Part shown: positions 59,550-64,000 of the stretch, one piece after another
Position numbering within the stretch: the first letter of the stretch is position 1
How the letters are laid out: the number at the start of each line of letters is the position of its first letter
NCBI GenBank assembly: GCA_964229335.1
Contig: CAXRCZ010000004.1
Location: forward strand, 64,001 to 128,000
Direction: 5' to 3'
Source: Minisyncoccia bacterium
GTDB lineage: Bacteria > Patescibacteriota > Minisyncoccia > Phycocordibacterales > UBA918
DNA length: 64,000 nucleotides
Notes under the pieces: generated by a model
Told to the model about the DNA's origin: nothing
What the model saw: the letters and a program-made list of their open reading frames with translations, nothing else
The model's database searches: none
Made by a program: the position numbers and the translations under genes

Positions 59550-59616
59550 TGTGCATAACTTATCTATAGAGTGGGGTAGAGTGGTATATACTGTAATGGT
59601 GGTGGGAGATAGTGGT
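59550..59616 (+). promoter_or_regulatory. dcw control region: DnaA box plus MraZ-binding repeats
   Basis: TGTGCATAA (= TTATGCACA) at 59550; GTGG(G/T) at 59571, 59581, 59602, 59612. Confidence 0.7.
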
Positions 59617-59672
59617 ATGGTAAAGTAATACCGTACTAGGGCGATTTTGTATATCGCTCTGAACTAACGAGT

Positions 59673-60107
59673 ATGTTAATCGGTGAATACAAGCACACAT
59701 TAGATCCAAAAAAGCGCCTTTCGCTGCCAAGCAAGTGGCGTAAGGAGTTGGGCAAGAAGCTTGTTATCACTCGAGGACTCGATAACTGTCTCTTTGTCTA
59801 TCCTAAAAAAGAGTGGGAAAAAATAACCGAAAAAATTGGTCAACTTCCACTTGGCCAAGCTGACACGAGAAGTTTCAATCGATTTTTTCTATCTGGAGCA
59901 GTTGAAGTTGAGATTGACTCAGTTGGACGTATCTTAGTACCTGATTTCTTGAAAAGTTTCGCAACACTGGATACCAAAGTCGTATTGGCTGGCATCCATG
60001 ACCGCATCGAAATCTGGGATGAAAATAAATGGGAAGCATACAAACGTACCATCGAGAACAAAGCAGATGCTTTGGCGGAAAAGCTGGGCGAAGTAGGAGT
60101 TCTTTAG
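59673..60107 (+). CDS. mraZ: Transcriptional regulator MraZ
   Basis: GEYKHTLDPKKRLSLP, TRGLDNCL, DSVGRILVP, RIEIWD. Confidence 0.97.
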   Translation: MLIGEYKHTLDPKKRLSLPSKWRKELGKKLVITRGLDNCLFVYPKKEWEKITEKIGQLPLGQADTRSFNRFFLSGAVEVEIDSVGRILVPDFLKSFATLDTKVVLAGIHDRIEIWDENKWEAYKRTIENKADALAEKLGEVGVL

Positions 60108-60142
60108 AGGGGTACAATCTGCAACTCATTACCTCGTTATCT

Positions 60143-61030
60143 ATGCAACACCAAACTGTCTTACTCCAAGAAGCAACCAATGCTTTAAACATACAACCTA
60201 CCGACACAATAGTTGATGCTACGTATGGATCAGGTGGACATGCAGCCAAGATGTTGGAGTATCTAGGAGCAGAAGGAACTTTGGTTGCAGTCGATGTTGA
60301 TTCAAGTGCATTAGAAAAAAAACCAGCCAATCCTAATCAAGCGACAGTACACTTGATACCCAACAACTTCCGCAACATACAATCGGTGCTCAATACAGTG
60401 AATATCACTGCGGTAAACGGCATCCTAGCTGACTTAGGTTGGCGAATGGAACAATTCTCAGGCAACGGAAGAGGTCTATCGTTTCAGTATGATGAACCGC
60501 TACTGATGACTTTGGGAGAACCAGAAGAATATCCCTTTACAGCGAGTGAAATAATAAATACCTGGAATGAGGCTACGATTGCGGATATCATTTATGGCTA
60601 TGGAGAAGAACGATTTGCTCGACGCATCGCAAAAAAGATTGTGACTAAAAGAGAAGAGTCACCCATAGAGACCACGTGTCAGTTGCGTGACGTCATACTG
60701 GAAGCGATACCTAAACGAGCACATCATAATAAAATTCACCCGGCCACGCGTACATTTCAAGCACTGCGAATTGCGGTCAACGAAGAACTAGCAGCACTTG
60801 AAGAGTTCATTTCTGAAGGCTTCGACTGTCTTGCTAAAGATGGACGATTGGCCATTATCAGCTTTCATAGTTTGGAGGATAGAATTGTAAAACTATCTTT
60901 TAGAAAATTAGCTGAACAAGGACTCGGCACACTGGTGACCAAAAAACCTCTCACTCCAACGCCAGAAGAACTAAATTCCAACCCAAAAGCACGAAGTGCA
61001 AAATTAAGAATCATTCAAAAATTAACGTAG
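60143..61030 (+). CDS. rsmH: 16S rRNA m4C1402 methyltransferase
   Basis: HQTVLL, DATYGSGGH, HPATRTFQALRIAVNEEL, SFHSLEDR, NPKARSAKLR. Confidence 0.97.
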   Translation: MQHQTVLLQEATNALNIQPTDTIVDATYGSGGHAAKMLEYLGAEGTLVAVDVDSSALEKKPANPNQATVHLIPNNFRNIQSVLNTVNITAVNGILADLGWRMEQFSGNGRGLSFQYDEPLLMTLGEPEEYPFTASEIINTWNEATIADIIYGYGEERFARRIAKKIVTKREESPIETTCQLRDVILEAIPKRAHHNKIHPATRTFQALRIAVNEELAALEEFISEGFDCLAKDGRLAIISFHSLEDRIVKLSFRKLAEQGLGTLVTKKPLTPTPEELNSNPKARSAKLRIIQKLT

Positions 61031-61036
61031 AGCAAC

Positions 61037-61339
61037 ATGAGCAATTACAAATACAACACAGCAGCCCAACAGACAGCATTATGCTTTGCTGCACTAGTCG
61101 GAGCAGTTGTTCTTTATCTATATTACTTAAACGTATCGGTGGTACATGTGGTTATCAGAAAAGAAGCTTTACATACTCAATCCACACTCGAAGCCGAAAT
61201 TGCTCAACTAGAAAGTGAATTTATTGATGCACAACATGCTATTTCAGCTGCAGTAGCAACCCGAAAAGACTATTCAATCGCCGCCGAAAAAACGTTCATT
61301 ACCCAAGCCGATACCAGTCTGGTAATGGGTGGCAACTAA
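61037..61339 (+). CDS. FtsL-like cell division protein
   Basis: Single TM helix plus short coiled coil; sits between rsmH and ftsI. Confidence 0.65.
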   Translation: MSNYKYNTAAQQTALCFAALVGAVVLYLYYLNVSVVHVVIRKEALHTQSTLEAEIAQLESEFIDAQHAISAAVATRKDYSIAAEKTFITQADTSLVMGGN

Positions 61340-61347
61340 ACTAGCGC

Positions 61348-63069
61348 ATGAAAGGGAAACAACTAACCAATCGGGTCAGAATCCTCTCAATTTTAGTTGT
61401 GATTGGTGGACTGTTGTTGATTGGTAGGTTGTACCAACTGCAGGTACTTCACGCTGGTGAGTATCGAGAAAGAGCCGAAAGGCAATATGTCCATACTAAG
61501 AATGATCTCTATTCAAGAGGTTCAATTTGGTTTACAACCAAAGAAGGTGAAAAATTATCTGCTGCTGCAGTAGAGTCTGGCTACGTATTAGCGGTTAATC
61601 CTGAACACGTGGGTGACGCCAATAGCTTTTGCTCCTCTATAGCCAAGTATGAATTAGTGGATGATGACACATGTCTTACTCGAGCTACGTTACCTGATAG
61701 GTCGTACGTTGAATTAGCCGATCGGCTCACACCAGAAATAGCTGAAGAAATAGAAGCGTTAGATATCGAAGGAGCGCTGTTGTACAAGAACCAATGGCGC
61801 TACTATCCAGGAGGCTCAATGGCCGCTAGGTCTATTGGCTTTGTTGGCTACTCAAATGAGACTGCGGCAGCTTTGCACGGGAAGTTTGGTCTGGAAAGGT
61901 ACTATGATGATGTTTTGTATCAAGAGGGAGAAATTATGTCGGTCAATTTTTTTGCTGAATTATTCAGTAATTTAGAAAGTCTAGTAGATGAAGAATCCGA
62001 TCAAAAAACAGGCAGTATTGTCACTACGTTAGAACCATCAGTCTCTAGGTATTTAGATACAGTGCTAACCGAAACAAATGACACATACAACAGCACATTG
62101 ACTGGAGGAATCGTTATGGACCCAAATACGGGTGAAATAGTCGCCATGAATGTTGTGCCAGGCTTTGATTTAAACGTACGAGAAGATGCAACAATTGAGC
62201 AATTCAAGAATCCTTTGGTAGAAAACTTGTACGAAATGGGTTCAATTATAAAACCCCTCACTGTGGCGGCAGGAATTGATGCCGGAGTTATCAGTCCATC
62301 GACCACTTATTATGATCCAGGGTGTATCGAGCTCAACACATATACTATTTGTAACTATGACGGCCGAGGGCGTGGTGATGTACCGATGCAAGAAGTACTT
62401 AATCAATCTCTCAATACCGGAGTAGCTTTTATTGCTAATCGGATGGGTAAAGAACGCTTTCGTGAATATTTCTTAAATTATAAATTAGGCAGTGAAACCG
62501 GAATCGATTTGCCAAACGAAGCTTATGGCCTAGTAGATAACCTTAATTCTCCACGTGAAGTCGAATACGCAACTGCTTCATTTGGTCAAGGTATTGCGCT
62601 CACTCCAATTGCTACTGTAAGAGCGCTCTCAACTTTGGCCAATGGTGGTCACTTGATTACGCCTCATATTGTCAAACGAATTGAATATAATGATGGAACC
62701 AGCAAGGACATAATGTATCCAAAAGGGGACCAGGTTCTTAAACCATCAACGAGTGAAGAAATTTCTCGTATGTTGAGTACTGTAGTCGATGATGCGCTGC
62801 AGGGTGGTCAAGCTGCGTTGCCAAACCATAGCGTAGGAGCCAAGACAGGGACTGCTCAGATTCCTGATTTAGAAAATGGTGGGTACTATGAAGATAAATA
62901 TCTTCACTCATTTTTTGGTTACTTCCCAGTATATGACCCAAAATACATTGTGTTCTTATATACAGTTGAACCAAAGGGTGTACGTTATGCCTCAGAAACC
63001 TTAACTGATCCATTCATGCAAATGACTAAATTTCTGATAAACTACTACAATATCCCTCCTGACCGATAA
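61348..63069 (+). CDS. ftsI: Cell division class B PBP (FtsI/PBP3)
   Basis: SIIK, SLN, KTGTAQ; dcw position. Confidence 0.9.
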   Translation: MKGKQLTNRVRILSILVVIGGLLLIGRLYQLQVLHAGEYRERAERQYVHTKNDLYSRGSIWFTTKEGEKLSAAAVESGYVLAVNPEHVGDANSFCSSIAKYELVDDDTCLTRATLPDRSYVELADRLTPEIAEEIEALDIEGALLYKNQWRYYPGGSMAARSIGFVGYSNETAAALHGKFGLERYYDDVLYQEGEIMSVNFFAELFSNLESLVDEESDQKTGSIVTTLEPSVSRYLDTVLTETNDTYNSTLTGGIVMDPNTGEIVAMNVVPGFDLNVREDATIEQFKNPLVENLYEMGSIIKPLTVAAGIDAGVISPSTTYYDPGCIELNTYTICNYDGRGRGDVPMQEVLNQSLNTGVAFIANRMGKERFREYFLNYKLGSETGIDLPNEAYGLVDNLNSPREVEYATASFGQGIALTPIATVRALSTLANGGHLITPHIVKRIEYNDGTSKDIMYPKGDQVLKPSTSEEISRMLSTVVDDALQGGQAALPNHSVGAKTGTAQIPDLENGGYYEDKYLHSFFGYFPVYDPKYIVFLYTVEPKGVRYASETLTDPFMQMTKFLINYYNIPPDR

Positions 63070-63076
63070 TCTACCT

Positions 63077-64000
63077 ATGAAATCATTCTTCAAAAAAATA
63101 ATCGTATCTATACTCATATTTGAAGCAAAGATAATTCTCAAACGTCATCAACCTAACATCATAGCTATTACCGGCAGTGTCGGTAAGACTACCACAAAAG
63201 ACACCATATACGCTGCCATCAAAGGTTCTATTAGAGCGAGAAAGAGTGAAAAAAGCTTTAATTCTGAGTTAGGTGTGCCACTTACCATACTAGGACTACA
63301 TAATGCCTGGAATAATCCTTTTTTATGGTTCAAGAATATTCTTGATGGCATGTTGGTCGCCTTATTTAGTCGGGATTACCCAGAAGTGTTGGTGCTAGAA
63401 ACCGGTATTGATCGCCCTGGCGATATGAAAAAGATGACCGAATGGCTAAAGCCAGATATTGCAGTACTGACTCGCTTGCCAGCGGTACCAGTTCATGTTG
63501 AATATTTTTCTACTCCAGAAGAGGTGGTGAAGGAAAAGATGCGCCTAATCAGTGCTACTAAGCCTGGTGGGGTAATGATTTATAATAATGATGACACCAT
63601 TATTCAGAAACAACTTCCAGATATCTTCCAAAAGACTGTTGGATATGGACGTTATCTCAATACGACCTGGCAAGGTAAGGATGACCGGATTGTGTACGAA
63701 GATAATGTTCCAGTGGCAGCGGAATACCAGGTGCACCACCAGGGACAACAGTATACTGTGCGCAACAGGGAGACTCTCGGTACACAACACGTATACGCTG
63801 GAGCCGCTGCGTTAGCGGTAGCCTATGAATTAGGTCTTGATATCAAGAAAGCAGCTGACTCTCTCAGTCAACTACCAGCTCCAAAAGGAAGAATGAGATT
63901 GATTCCCGGTATCAAATCTACGTTAATTATTGACGATACATATAATTCTTCTCCTACAGCTGTCGAGCATGCCCTTCAGACTCTCAATGAAATTCGCTTT
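63077..64000 (+). CDS. murF: UDP-MurNAc-tripeptide--D-Ala-D-Ala ligase (3' truncated by window; absent from the ORF track)
   Basis: IAITGSVGKTTTKD, SFNSELGVPLTI, VLETGIDRPGDM, IIDDTYNSSP. Confidence 0.93.
   Translation, partial: MKSFFKKIIVSILIFEAKIILKRHQPNIIAITGSVGKTTTKDTIYAAIKGSIRARKSEKSFNSELGVPLTILGLHNAWNNPFLWFKNILDGMLVALFSRDYPEVLVLETGIDRPGDMKKMTEWLKPDIAVLTRLPAVPVHVEYFSTPEEVVKEKMRLISATKPGGVMIYNNDDTIIQKQLPDIFQKTVGYGRYLNTTWQGKDDRIVYEDNVPVAAEYQVHHQGQQYTVRNRETLGTQHVYAGAAALAVAYELGLDIKKAADSLSQLPAPKGRMRLIPGIKSTLIIDDTYNSSPTAVEHALQTLNEIRF

Noticed and set aside
60029-60142. N-terminal extensions in the ORF track (rsmH; likewise hisS, fmt, ung, rplY, ntpA, holB, first mreB)
   Set aside because: They overlap upstream genes or promoters; downstream ATGs match the family N-termini and the -10 spacing

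Overview
Gene-dense core-chromosome segment from a reduced-genome bacterium. Gene content and order point to Patescibacteria/CPR, Parcubacteria-like (inference); the genetic code is standard 11. Main blocks are rpoB(3')-rpoC-dnaG-rpoD, a helicase-nuclease fusion, dsbA/uppP/hisS/prmC, an ABC-2 pair, class I aldolase, rpmG, truB, and a complete 9-gene V/A-type ATPase operon with a Na+-type c/K subunit. After that come ung-mutM, tRNA-Asn with neighbouring orphans, rplY, cspA, fmt-def-priA-murA, an extra mreB followed by a VirB4/VirD4-like ATPase and a Pro-rich protein, frr-rseP-proS, mreBC-pbp2, greA, class I lysS and the start of the dcw cluster (mraZ to murF). I saw no CRISPR array, rRNA, transposase or prophage. 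The most interesting signals are non-coding. They include an unexplained ~150-nt multi-hairpin RNA in front of tRNA-Asn, a promoter-terminator-bounded sRNA candidate before rplY, and a switchable leader before the Na+ V-ATPase. Promoters are pervasively leaderless-type with a recurring 16-bp -35/-10 spacer, and two distant orphan genes share an operator-like motif. All calls were made by eye; no database searches were run.
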